Assembly: GCA_017495115.1 (NCBI GenBank)
Contig: JAFEIJ010000045.1
Location: 18,884 to 82,883 of the forward strand
Length of the DNA: 64,000 nt
Direction of reading: 5' to 3'
Source: Chitinophagaceae bacterium
Lineage (GTDB): Bacteria; Bacteroidota; Bacteroidia; Chitinophagales; JADJOU01
Shown here: positions 1 to 8,624 of the stretch, piece by piece
Position numbering within the stretch: position 1 is the stretch's first letter
Layout: every line of letters begins with the position of its first letter
Translations under genes and position numbers: made by a program
Notes under the pieces: generated by a model
Database searches by the model: none
The model's input: only the letters and a program-made list of their open reading frames with translations
Told to the model about the DNA's origin: nothing

Positions 1-2
1 TA

Positions 3-719
3 AATCATAGTTTGATAACACCAATGCTCAATGTCGGCCTCTTAACGCCAACTTATATCATAGATCGTACATTAGAATTTATTTTAGAAAATGAAATTCC
101 TTTAAATTCTTCAGAAGGCTTTATTCGACAGGTAATTGGTTGGAGAGAATTTATTCGTGGTGTTTATATTTTAAAAGGAACGGAAGAGCGAACTAAAAAC
201 TTTTGGAATTTTAAACGAAAAATTCCTGAATCATTTTGGAAAGGGACTACAGGGATTTTACCATTTGATGATGTTATTCAAAAAGTATTGAAAACAGGGT
301 ATTGTCATCATATTGAGCGTTTGATGGTTTTGGGAAATTTTATGCTTTTATGCGAATTTGACCCCGATGAAGTGTATCGTTGGTTTATGGAGCTATTTAT
401 TGATGCGTATGATTGGGTTATGGTTCCAAATGTTTATGGAATGAGTCAATTTGCCGATGGTGGCCTTATGGCTACAAAACCTTATATTAGCGGGAGTAAT
501 TACATTTTAAAAATGAGTAATTATTCAAAAGGTAGTTGGCAAGAAGTTTGGGATGGTTTGTTTTGGCGATTTATGGATACGCATCGTGATTTTTTTCTTA
601 AAAATCCAAGACTTTCTATGCTCGTTCATAGTTTTGATAAAATGGATATAGCCAAAAAAGAGCATCATTTAAAAAATTCGAATCAGTATTTATCGGAATT
701 AGACGCATTATTAAAATAA
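3..719 (+). CDS. Cryptochrome/photolyase-family protein, C-terminal part (gene continues upstream of window)
   Basis: Reading frame is open to the left window edge. Motifs GWREFIRGVY, GYCHHIERLMVLGNF and DWVMVPNVYGMSQFADGG are typical of the photolyase-related (COG3046 / FeS-BCP-like) FAD-binding domain. Confidence 0.8.
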   Translation, partial: NHSLITPMLNVGLLTPTYIIDRTLEFILENEIPLNSSEGFIRQVIGWREFIRGVYILKGTEERTKNFWNFKRKIPESFWKGTTGILPFDDVIQKVLKTGYCHHIERLMVLGNFMLLCEFDPDEVYRWFMELFIDAYDWVMVPNVYGMSQFADGGLMATKPYISGSNYILKMSNYSKGSWQEVWDGLFWRFMDTHRDFFLKNPRLSMLVHSFDKMDIAKKEHHLKNSNQYLSELDALLK

Positions 720-1019
720 CTATATTCGGATCATCTGCGGATCAATCCAATATTTTGTTGGGCTATCTGTAATATAAATATCAAGATTTTCGCCTTTAAA
801 AAACTGCATTTTGCTGTTCTTTTTAAGAATGAACCCATTAAAATGCTTTAATGAATCTATTTTTACATGGATTTTGTAATCTTTAATGACATAATTTTTG
901 ATTGACGAATCGTTTGAAGAAATCTTTAATTTTAGTTCATCATCTATAAAAATATGAACTTCATTTTTGCAAGAAATGGCAAAAAATAATAAAAAAAACA
1001 AAATTGATTTAAGGAACAT
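720..1019 (-). CDS. Small hypothetical lipoprotein
   Basis: 99-aa ORF with a hydrophobic N-terminus ending in a lipobox-like AISC. It overlaps the upstream gene's stop by 11 nt, suggesting one operon. No recognisable family. Confidence 0.45.
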   Translation of the reverse strand: MFLKSILFFLLFFAISCKNEVHIFIDDELKLKISSNDSSIKNYVIKDYKIHVKIDSLKHFNGFILKKNSKMQFFKGENLDIYITDSPTKYWIDPQMIRI

Positions 1020-1608
1020 AATATAACAAACCTAGTGTTAATCCAAAATGATTATAGCCAAAAGATAGCGTCTCTTGTTTTCTTGTGATGTCCGAAAGTC
1101 CTAAATTCATTTGTAATTCAGAAAATACTTCAAAGGCTTTTATCCGATAATGTACTCCTGTGCCCGCAATTAAGCTATAAAAATTCTTATGTAAATGCTG
1201 TGGGGCAAATAATTCGTTTTTATTGATTTTAGTTTGAATTGCATATCCAATTTGTGGACCAGCAAAAATAGTCCAAGTGATATTGTCATGATGCATTCTT
1301 AATTTGCCTAACGCCTCTAAAGCAAGGTAATTCATTTCGAATGTCGCTTTTTGAGCATTGCCAATTTCAAAATTTCTTTGAACATAAGAGCCCCCCATAA
1401 CAACGGAGAAAAACGCATGTAGCCGATGTTCGATAAAAACCGTTGCGTTTTGAGTATAAGCTGCAGCGGTTTGTTGAGGTTGATTAAATGCAGGTGCGCC
1501 AAGAGCTCCAAAATATTTAACTCCAAAAGCCATACTTTCTTGAGATTTTAAAGATTCAAACGCAAAAAGGTTCAAAAGTAAAAGTAAATAAAGGGGATAT
1601 TTTTTCAA
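1009..1608 (-). CDS. Outer-membrane beta-barrel (porin-family) protein
   Basis: Alternating hydrophobic/aromatic beta-strand pattern with a C-terminal LGLLYYVP. A TTG at 1608 gives a clean signal peptide (KKYPLYLLLLLNLFAFESLKSQ); the longest ORF extends to 1680. Confidence 0.55.
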   Translation of the reverse strand: MKKYPLYLLLLLNLFAFESLKSQESMAFGVKYFGALGAPAFNQPQQTAAAYTQNATVFIEHRLHAFFSVVMGGSYVQRNFEIGNAQKATFEMNYLALEALGKLRMHHDNITWTIFAGPQIGYAIQTKINKNELFAPQHLHKNFYSLIAGTGVHYRIKAFEVFSELQMNLGLSDITRKQETLSFGYNHFGLTLGLLYYVP

Positions 1609-1718
1609 AATATTTGGAGGTTTTTTGTAACGTGCAAATTTACTTAAAATCGATAAACTTTTGTCAAAAAAAAAGGACAATGGAAAATAAAATGTATATA
1701 CTCAAAGTTAAATTTTAA

Positions 1719-2630
1719 TTGAATTTTAGCGTAATTTGCATTGCATTTAAAAGCGATAAGATTAAAAAAGTGTATAAAAATAAACTGCATTATATTTTTT
1801 CATTAATTGAAGATGAAGGTTTATATGAGATTTTAAAATCTCAATTACACGAAATCTCTTTTATCGACCATTCAGAAATTTTAGAAGAAATAGCGTATTT
1901 TAGTTCATATAATTTTAAAAGTAAGGGTCTCGCCCGATTAGAATCTGAAATTAAGCTTGAGCTTTATTTAGATAAACTTACCGATGAAATTTTCGGGAAT
2001 CAAATGAAATTAAGTCAATTTATTATTGAATTGAATGGCTTGATATTTAATAATTCCGATCAAAATCAATTTATTCAAGATTGTATAGATAAATGGGCGT
2101 TAAAAGTTTCTGACAAGATTCATTATACGTCAAGTTCAAGTGAGATTTATCAAATAATGGATAAGTATATTGCCCAATCCTTTGTTGTAGAATATAATTA
2201 TTCGATGTCGCACGATGATTTTTGTCAGATTTTTAAAACACAAAAAATTAGTGAATACGCACTTTCCGTTTTGTATTTAATGATTTCAGAAAAATTAGAT
2301 TTACCGATATTTGGGTTGCCTCATAAAGAAAAATTGCTTTTGTGCATGGCAAAAAGTCATTGTAATAATAGTGAATTAGTATATCAAGAAGATATAAAGT
2401 TCTACTTTAATCCTGGGCCAAATGGCTTACTTTTCACGCTTCAAGATTTAGAATTGATTTTTAAAGCAAATGACGCTCAAGTGGCTATGCGTGAAAAATT
2501 ACCAAAGTCCAATCGGATTATTGTTCAAAATTGGTTGTTGAAATTGCATCAAGAAAATGAAATCCTGACCAAAAATGAGGTTCTAATGCCTATGTTTAGT
2601 GAATTTATAAAAATGTTGAAAAACGTTTGA
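1719..2630 (+). CDS. Hypothetical protein (303 aa)
   Basis: Long ORF in an otherwise uncovered region with codon usage like its neighbours. No confident family assignment, and the TTG start is uncertain. Confidence 0.5.
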   Translation: MNFSVICIAFKSDKIKKVYKNKLHYIFSLIEDEGLYEILKSQLHEISFIDHSEILEEIAYFSSYNFKSKGLARLESEIKLELYLDKLTDEIFGNQMKLSQFIIELNGLIFNNSDQNQFIQDCIDKWALKVSDKIHYTSSSSEIYQIMDKYIAQSFVVEYNYSMSHDDFCQIFKTQKISEYALSVLYLMISEKLDLPIFGLPHKEKLLLCMAKSHCNNSELVYQEDIKFYFNPGPNGLLFTLQDLELIFKANDAQVAMREKLPKSNRIIVQNWLLKLHQENEILTKNEVLMPMFSEFIKMLKNV

Positions 2631-2697
2631 TAACTTCTTGTTATTTATTGTGAAAAAATGTTTAAAATTGCATTAGAATTAATAATGTATATTTTAG

Positions 2698-3498
2698 ATG
2701 CAGTATCTGTCGATTCTTAGTGAAATTAAGGCATTCAACGAGTTTTTGGGTGGTAAATGGCGTTTGATTATTTTAGATCAATTGTTTGCAAACCCGATTC
2801 GTTTTAGAGATTTACAAAAGAATATTGATGGAATTACACCTCGAATGCTCACCAAAGAATTACGAATCCTAGAAAAATTTGAGCTTGTTGAAAAAATAGT
2901 TTATCGAGAGGTGCCACCTCGTGTAGAATATTCATTAACGGATAAAGGCGTTCGTTTATTCCCTTTATTAGAAAGTATTAAACTGATTGGGTCTGAATTT
3001 TTAAAAGAAATTGAAGCCAATCCGGGTTTAATTGCGCAGCCTAAACTACTAAAAGTTAAGAAAACAGAAGCTTTAAGAGTTTTGAAACCTGAACCAAAAG
3101 TTGAAAATACATTTTCAGATGACTTAGGAAATCAATTTGTAAAAATTGATGTAAATAATCTAGAACCAATTAAAGAAGATATACCGCTTCGTAATGTTTC
3201 ACTTTCAACTAAAAAACGTATTGAGGATCTACATATCGAAGAAATTGATATTTTTAAAGAAGATATACAAGAAAATACATTTTTAGATTCCGTTTCAGAA
3301 GATGCAATTGAATTTTCTTTTGAATCCGATTTTATAAAAATAGATGAAGTAAATGAAAATGAAGCATCTATCATTTCTGAAGTAGTATTGCCTCAAATTT
3401 CTTCTCAAAACCAAGAGGCTTCTTCACAAGAAGAAAAACAAGAGTCCAAGCAAGATGCCAAACAAAAAGTAACAACGGTTCAGTTGTCTTTATTTTAA
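2698..3498 (+). CDS. HxlR-family winged-helix transcriptional regulator with long acidic C-terminal extension
   Basis: The N-terminal ~100 aa (WRLIILDQL...RFRDLQKNIDGITPRMLTKELRILEKFELV...PPRVEYSLTDKG) match the HxlR-type HTH. The remaining ~160 aa are E/D/S/Q-rich low complexity. Confidence 0.75.
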   Translation: MQYLSILSEIKAFNEFLGGKWRLIILDQLFANPIRFRDLQKNIDGITPRMLTKELRILEKFELVEKIVYREVPPRVEYSLTDKGVRLFPLLESIKLIGSEFLKEIEANPGLIAQPKLLKVKKTEALRVLKPEPKVENTFSDDLGNQFVKIDVNNLEPIKEDIPLRNVSLSTKKRIEDLHIEEIDIFKEDIQENTFLDSVSEDAIEFSFESDFIKIDEVNENEASIISEVVLPQISSQNQEASSQEEKQESKQDAKQKVTTVQLSLF

Positions 3499-3740
3499 TT
3501 AATTTATTTTCTTTGCTATTTTTTTCAACTACCGTACATACAAACAACATAGTCCAATTTTCATTTCTCTTGATTGTTCTATTTGCTTGTTATGACGGCA
3601 TTTACCACTCTAAACTTATTTAATAGTTTGGACTATTTTATAAGTAAGATTGGTATAACAATTCCTTTTGTAAATTAAAGTTGTTTATGGAATGAAATAT
3701 TCAAGGCTTTATACTCCGTTAATATTTAAAATTTGGGATA

Positions 3741-3771
3741 AAAAAAAGCCTTGTTGAAAATCAACAAGGCT
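3741..3771 (-). terminator. Rho-independent terminator downstream of the lipoprotein/TonB-receptor operon
   Basis: Perfect 11-bp stem AGCCTTGTTGA/TCAACAAGGCT with a 3-nt loop, followed on the minus strand by an 8-T run. Confidence 0.75.
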
Positions 3772-3819
3772 CCTGAAATAAAAAACGTATTTTTATAAAA
3801 AAATCCGGTTTTTTCTTAA

Positions 3820-4941
3820 TTATTTATTTTTAATAAATGTCGCCCACGTAGGTAAAGCTTCGCTTGGTCCAGCTCCTTCAGTTACTGTAAATCCAGTGCC
3901 TAAAGTTTTATTAGTTACATCGTCAAATTTAACATTCGTTACTTTGTTGTCTGCAGCTGGTGTGTTTGAACCTAAAGAAACACCATCTTTATAACCTTTT
4001 ACTAATAAATTAGTGATTGTAGATTTAGTTCCTACTCTCAATAATACACCTTCTTTTTGAGTTCCTGCAAATCCGCTACCTCTTCCAATTAATACTACAT
4101 TTTCTACTGTTGGATTAGAAACTGGAGTCGCAGCAGGATCTTTAGAATTGTTATCTGCTTCAATACCTCTACTATCATTTGAAGCATTTTGATTTTTGTT
4201 TACAGAGTACAAATTAGTTAATTTTCCTGTATAACCATTAGCCCAATCAAAGTTATCGTCATCATTATTAAATGCATAAAGATTAGAACAGTTAACAGAT
4301 CCACCAAACCACTCATAAGCGTCGTCATTAGACCAGCTTGACTCTAAATTTTCAACAACTGTCCCACTTCCTACACCGTAAAATGTAACTCCGTTAAATT
4401 CTCTTTCATCATTAATTTTTGAACCAGTATATTCTAATACGATGTACTTATATACTCCAGAGTTGTCTGAATTATTTGATCCGCCATAAGTTAACCCAGC
4501 AACCTCAGTTTGAGCGGTTCCGCCTGCTGTAGCAGCAGCATTAGTAGCCGCATTACCACAAATAATTAAACCACCCCATCCACCTGGAGCTTTTTCAGTA
4601 GCTGTCATGATAATTGGATTTGCAGAAGTTCCTTGAGCATCCATTTTAGCACCTGGTTTTACGGCAATATATAATTTTGTTTTATCTGCAGTTGAAGATT
4701 GTGCAATAATAGTTACACCTGGTTTAATTGTTAAAGTAGCACCTGCTTCAACGATTAATGCATCGGTTAACTTGTAAATACCTGCCTCTAAAGTACGGTT
4801 TGCAGTAATTGTACCTTTTAATTCACCTTGTTCGGTAGTGTTGGTAGCTACACTTTCATTTTTTTTACAAGATGTAAAAGTTGCTAATCCTAGAACAATT
4901 AAAGTTAAAAGGATTGATTGTAATGTGATTGTTTTTTTCAT
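3820..4941 (-). CDS. Surface lipoprotein of unknown function, partner of the adjacent TonB-dependent receptor
   Basis: Signal peptide with lipobox (LATFTSC). The Gly/Asn/Thr-rich repetitive beta sequence includes a WGGLIICG motif. It lies 33 nt downstream of the receptor gene on the same strand. Confidence 0.6.
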   Translation of the reverse strand: MKKTITLQSILLTLIVLGLATFTSCKKNESVATNTTEQGELKGTITANRTLEAGIYKLTDALIVEAGATLTIKPGVTIIAQSSTADKTKLYIAVKPGAKMDAQGTSANPIIMTATEKAPGGWGGLIICGNAATNAAATAGGTAQTEVAGLTYGGSNNSDNSGVYKYIVLEYTGSKINDEREFNGVTFYGVGSGTVVENLESSWSNDDAYEWFGGSVNCSNLYAFNNDDDNFDWANGYTGKLTNLYSVNKNQNASNDSRGIEADNNSKDPAATPVSNPTVENVVLIGRGSGFAGTQKEGVLLRVGTKSTITNLLVKGYKDGVSLGSNTPAADNKVTNVKFDDVTNKTLGTGFTVTEGAGPSEALPTWATFIKNK

Positions 4942-4974
4942 TTTTTTTAATTTTTTTTGTGTTTAATAATTTTT

Positions 4975-7818
4975 TTATTTTATGATGTTATATGAATAAC
5001 CAATACTGAAATCGATACCTCTTCTAAAAGATGAAGCGGTAAGGTGCATGTTATTTTGATTTAAATATCTGTCAATATCAGGATTTAAAATATTCCTTAC
5101 ATTTAAACTGATATTTGATTTTTCAGATATTTTTAATTTTGATATGAAATCTAATGTGATAAATCCTTTTTCATAAATATTGTTCATTGAATAAACGCCA
5201 AGTGAATAAACTTTATCCATGAAATAGTTGGCTACTATAGTAAATGTTGGTTCCAGTTTTTTGTATTTAAACTTATAAGAAATGTCTGCATTTAGAATTA
5301 AAGGTGAAGCTCCTGTTAATTGTGAACTTGTAAATGTAAATGGCATTTCAATTCTAGGATCTTTAGCGGCATTCTCATTAGCTACTTTATCTTTATTTAA
5401 ATCTTGATGTGTGTATAATACCGATAAATTAACTCCTGTACTCAATTGCGATTTAAATGCCTTTTCAGTTTCAAATTGATCGAAAATATTCTTTTTAACT
5501 TCAACTTCCGCTCCAAAAACGATAGCTTGATCTCCTGTATTTGCGTAAGAAAAGTCTCCAGTAGCAACCGTAGCAACCATAGCTTTGTTAATTGGATTTT
5601 GGATTATTTTACCAAATGCTGTGATGGAGTATAGTTCATTTTTAGTTGGAAAAATTTCATATTTAAAATCTAAATTATAATTTGTAGAAAGGTATAAATG
5701 TGGATTACCAAAAGAGTTATTAGTGCTTATATCCTCATATAAAAATGGTGCAAGTTCTTTAAATTGAGGTAGTGTATACGTTTTACTAGCACCAAATTTA
5801 AAGTTAGATTTATCATTTATTGCATATTTAGCGAAAACATATGGTAATATTTCAAAATCAGATCGATTGACATCTCCACTAGGAACCGCAGCTACATTAT
5901 ATGAAATGTTTTGATTAATCATTTCAAGCTTTGAACCAAAACTTAATGAAAACTTATCGTTTAACTTTAAATCCAATCCAAGCGTTGTAGCAAAAATTTG
6001 AATATTTCCGCTATACGTTGAAGGAGCCACTTCTCCATTATTTTCTCTTTGTCCTCTTATATCAAATGCCCCAGCATTAAATGAATCTTTACCAAACATG
6101 GTTTGATCTATGTTATTTTCATTGACATTGTTAGAATTTTGAGCAGCGGTTTTAACCGAGTAATTATATTGTAAAGCTGAAAAATCTCTTGTTTTGTCCG
6201 TAAACTCAAATCCAAAATTGAACTTTGGAGCATTTGGATTGGTAGATTCATTTTCTTTTTTACCTAAAGTCAATTTTCCATTAGCTCTAGCAGAAATCAC
6301 TTCATCACTAAAATCTTGATAGTAAATATTACTTGCACCAACATTTGGGCTTAATATTCTGTAATTATTAGCTTCACCTCTATTAAATTCGTTAAAATAT
6401 AGTGTTTTTCTATAAGGTTGATTTGAATTTAATGTATTATATGCTACGCCCCAGTCGATTTCTAATCGATCTAAAATCTTATGATTTCCTAAAAGTTGAT
6501 TGATCAACAAACTATTATTGTCTTGTGTACTTCGCTCAACATAGATATCGTTTCCATTAAAATTATGTCTTCCAAGATAACTAGAAACCACATCAGAAGA
6601 GGTGTTCGACCAAATTGAATTAAATCGTAATTTATGATTTTGATCTATTAATAACGTAGCATTCAACATTGCATTTTGTGATGCAGTTAGTGCAGTTTGT
6701 GTTTTATTGGTACCTACTAGAATTTCTCCATCGGATCTAAAATCATTAGAAACCCCTTCGTTTTGAGTAAATTTATTAGCATGGTTAAACGTTCCAAAAA
6801 CGCCTAATACCGTTTTATTGTTTTTAAATTTATAGCTTGTCCCTCCTGTAAATCCAAATTCATTGTTAATTCTTGGAAGATTTCGTTTTTCTTTTTTCCA
6901 TTGGATTCTTTCGTCATATGCTGCTGTATATCGATACCCTGTTGGATTATAAATAACATTATTCCCCTCTGTGACGTTAATTTTTGTGTCAGGATTATCA
7001 TTGTTTTTCAAAAATCCAAAAACATTCATTCCCGATCCATAATTATCATTGCTTACCGCTTGTGAATTCATTCCCATTCCAACATTTACCGTAAGAAATG
7101 GTTTGCTTAAATATTCCTTTGTATTTATATTTACAGCTGCGCCACCAAAATCTCCAGACAAGCTTCCGTTAAAAGTTTTACTAACCGAAACAGATTGTAT
7201 AATATCTGTAGAGAAAATATCTAAAGAAATATTCTTAAATTCTGGATTGTTAGAAGACATATACAATCCATTTAAAGTTGTACTATTATATCGATCTCCT
7301 AAACCTCTAACAAAAATGCTACCATTATCTCCACCTTCTGATTTCGTTACTCCAGCCATTTTAGTAACTGCAGCCGCCGCATCACCTGCTCCTTTTTTAC
7401 TCATTTCTTCGGCACCAATCTTTTCTTGAATCACAACCGCTTGTTTTTGTTCAAGTAAAATCGCTTGTTCCGACTCTTTATTTTTAACACCTCTAATTAT
7501 CGCACCTTTTACTTTTTTAGCTTCGGCTTCAAGCGTTATATTTTCAATAATTTCTTGACCTTCCGTTATTTGGATATTTTTGGTAATGGTTTTGTAATTT
7601 AAGTTACTAAAAACAACTTGGAAATTACCTGATTGTGGAAATTTGATTTGATAATTTCCTTGCAAATCTGTTTTTGCTCCTAAAGCTTGATTTGTTACTT
7701 TAACAAAAGTAAATGCAATTGGATTTCCTTCACTATCTTTGACGTTTCCTTTTAAAACTTGAGCACTACTATTTTTAAATGCGATTAGTAATAAAAGTGG
7801 TAAAATTAATTTTTTCAT
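4975..7818 (-). CDS. TonB-dependent receptor with N-terminal carboxypeptidase-regulatory-like domain
   Basis: 947 aa with a signal peptide and a CarboxypepD_reg-like N-terminus (LKGNVKDSEGNPIAFTFVKV). The plug motif SIFVRGLGDRYNSTTLNG is followed by a long beta-barrel. Confidence 0.85.
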   Translation of the reverse strand: MKKLILPLLLLIAFKNSSAQVLKGNVKDSEGNPIAFTFVKVTNQALGAKTDLQGNYQIKFPQSGNFQVVFSNLNYKTITKNIQITEGQEIIENITLEAEAKKVKGAIIRGVKNKESEQAILLEQKQAVVIQEKIGAEEMSKKGAGDAAAAVTKMAGVTKSEGGDNGSIFVRGLGDRYNSTTLNGLYMSSNNPEFKNISLDIFSTDIIQSVSVSKTFNGSLSGDFGGAAVNINTKEYLSKPFLTVNVGMGMNSQAVSNDNYGSGMNVFGFLKNNDNPDTKINVTEGNNVIYNPTGYRYTAAYDERIQWKKEKRNLPRINNEFGFTGGTSYKFKNNKTVLGVFGTFNHANKFTQNEGVSNDFRSDGEILVGTNKTQTALTASQNAMLNATLLIDQNHKLRFNSIWSNTSSDVVSSYLGRHNFNGNDIYVERSTQDNNSLLINQLLGNHKILDRLEIDWGVAYNTLNSNQPYRKTLYFNEFNRGEANNYRILSPNVGASNIYYQDFSDEVISARANGKLTLGKKENESTNPNAPKFNFGFEFTDKTRDFSALQYNYSVKTAAQNSNNVNENNIDQTMFGKDSFNAGAFDIRGQRENNGEVAPSTYSGNIQIFATTLGLDLKLNDKFSLSFGSKLEMINQNISYNVAAVPSGDVNRSDFEILPYVFAKYAINDKSNFKFGASKTYTLPQFKELAPFLYEDISTNNSFGNPHLYLSTNYNLDFKYEIFPTKNELYSITAFGKIIQNPINKAMVATVATGDFSYANTGDQAIVFGAEVEVKKNIFDQFETEKAFKSQLSTGVNLSVLYTHQDLNKDKVANENAAKDPRIEMPFTFTSSQLTGASPLILNADISYKFKYKKLEPTFTIVANYFMDKVYSLGVYSMNNIYEKGFITLDFISKLKISEKSNISLNVRNILNPDIDRYLNQNNMHLTASSFRRGIDFSIGYSYNIIK

Positions 7819-8015
7819 TTTTTTGAGATTAAATACATTTTTTTATTTCGAGTACAAAACTAAAGGGTATTCTTTCGATGCGATTTTAAGGGTTGGTTAA
7901 GAAAATCTCTTATTGTTAATTCGATGTAATTTAAATATTAAGACAATGTTAAATATTTGTTTAAGTAATTGTAATTCAATGTTTTAAAAATATTTTTGAT
8001 TTAACATCAATCTTT

Positions 8016-8023
8016 TATATTTG
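8016..8023 (+). promoter_or_regulatory. Bacteroidota -7 promoter box (TAnnTTTG) upstream of kdsC
   Basis: TATATTTG lies 35 nt before the ATG, with a TTG 17 nt upstream at 7996-7998. Confidence 0.45.
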
Positions 8024-8057
8024 CTAAATATTATTTAAAAAATAAATCTAAATTGGT

Positions 8058-8546
8058 ATGGATTTTCATAAAATAAAATGGTTGTTTACCGATGTTGACG
8101 GCGTCCTAACGGATTGTGGTGTCTACTATTCTTCAGAGGGTGAAGAGTTAAAAAGATTTTCTTTAAGAGATGGCATGGGGGCCGAACGGTTAAGAAAATT
8201 TACGCCGATTCAAATAGCCATTATGACTGGAGAAAATAGTGGTCCTGTGAGTCGAAGAGCCGAGAAATTGAAAATTGATACGGTCTTTTTGGGTGTAAAA
8301 GACAAGGTAAAAGTAATGGAAGAATTTCTTAAATCAAATCATTTGAACTATGATGAAATTGCATATATCGGTGATGATTTAAATGATTTTGATGTGATTT
8401 CAAAAGTTGGAATCTCTGCTTGTCCAAATGATGCGGTAGATCCAATAAAAGAAATCGTTGATTTTATAGCTCCAAATAAAGGTGGCTTTGGTGCGTTTCG
8501 AGATTTTTGTGAATGGATTATTAAAAGTCGGAATTCTGAAAACTAA
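8058..8546 (+). CDS. kdsC: 3-deoxy-D-manno-octulosonate-8-phosphate phosphatase (HAD-IIIA, KdsC family)
   Basis: HAD motifs DVDGVLTD and GDDLND are present, and the 162-aa size and overall pattern are typical of KdsC. Confidence 0.8.
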   Translation: MDFHKIKWLFTDVDGVLTDCGVYYSSEGEELKRFSLRDGMGAERLRKFTPIQIAIMTGENSGPVSRRAEKLKIDTVFLGVKDKVKVMEEFLKSNHLNYDEIAYIGDDLNDFDVISKVGISACPNDAVDPIKEIVDFIAPNKGGFGAFRDFCEWIIKSRNSEN

Positions 8547-8590
8547 TGTCAATGTTAATAACTTTGATTAAACAAAAAATGGATTTCATT

Positions 8591-8598
8591 TACTTTTG
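8591..8598 (+). promoter_or_regulatory. -7 promoter box (TAnnTTTG) upstream of uvrD-like helicase
   Basis: TACTTTTG lies 27 nt before the ATG. Confidence 0.4.
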
Positions 8599-8624
8599 TA
8601 TCATTTCCTACTAAAAATTAGAAG

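Noticed and set aside
3499-3740. A 240-bp non-coding stretch after the HxlR gene, with a 9-bp inverted repeat ATAGTCCAA (3549-3557) / TTGGACTAT (3628-3636).
   Set aside because: There is no further covariation-like structure, no known riboswitch or sRNA motif, no promoter box and no ORF. A single 9-bp inverted repeat in AT-rich DNA is insufficient evidence for an ncRNA. A transcriptome check would be worthwhile.
7049-7429. A 126-aa plus-strand ORF inside the TonB-dependent receptor gene. Many similar 60-100-aa antisense ORFs also appear in the track, for example 14691-15327, 35197-35830, 41158-41463, 28060-28611 and 54043-54942.
   Set aside because: Each lies entirely within, and antisense to, a gene with strong family-level motifs. 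Their translations are low complexity with no recognisable motifs, so they are shadow ORFs.
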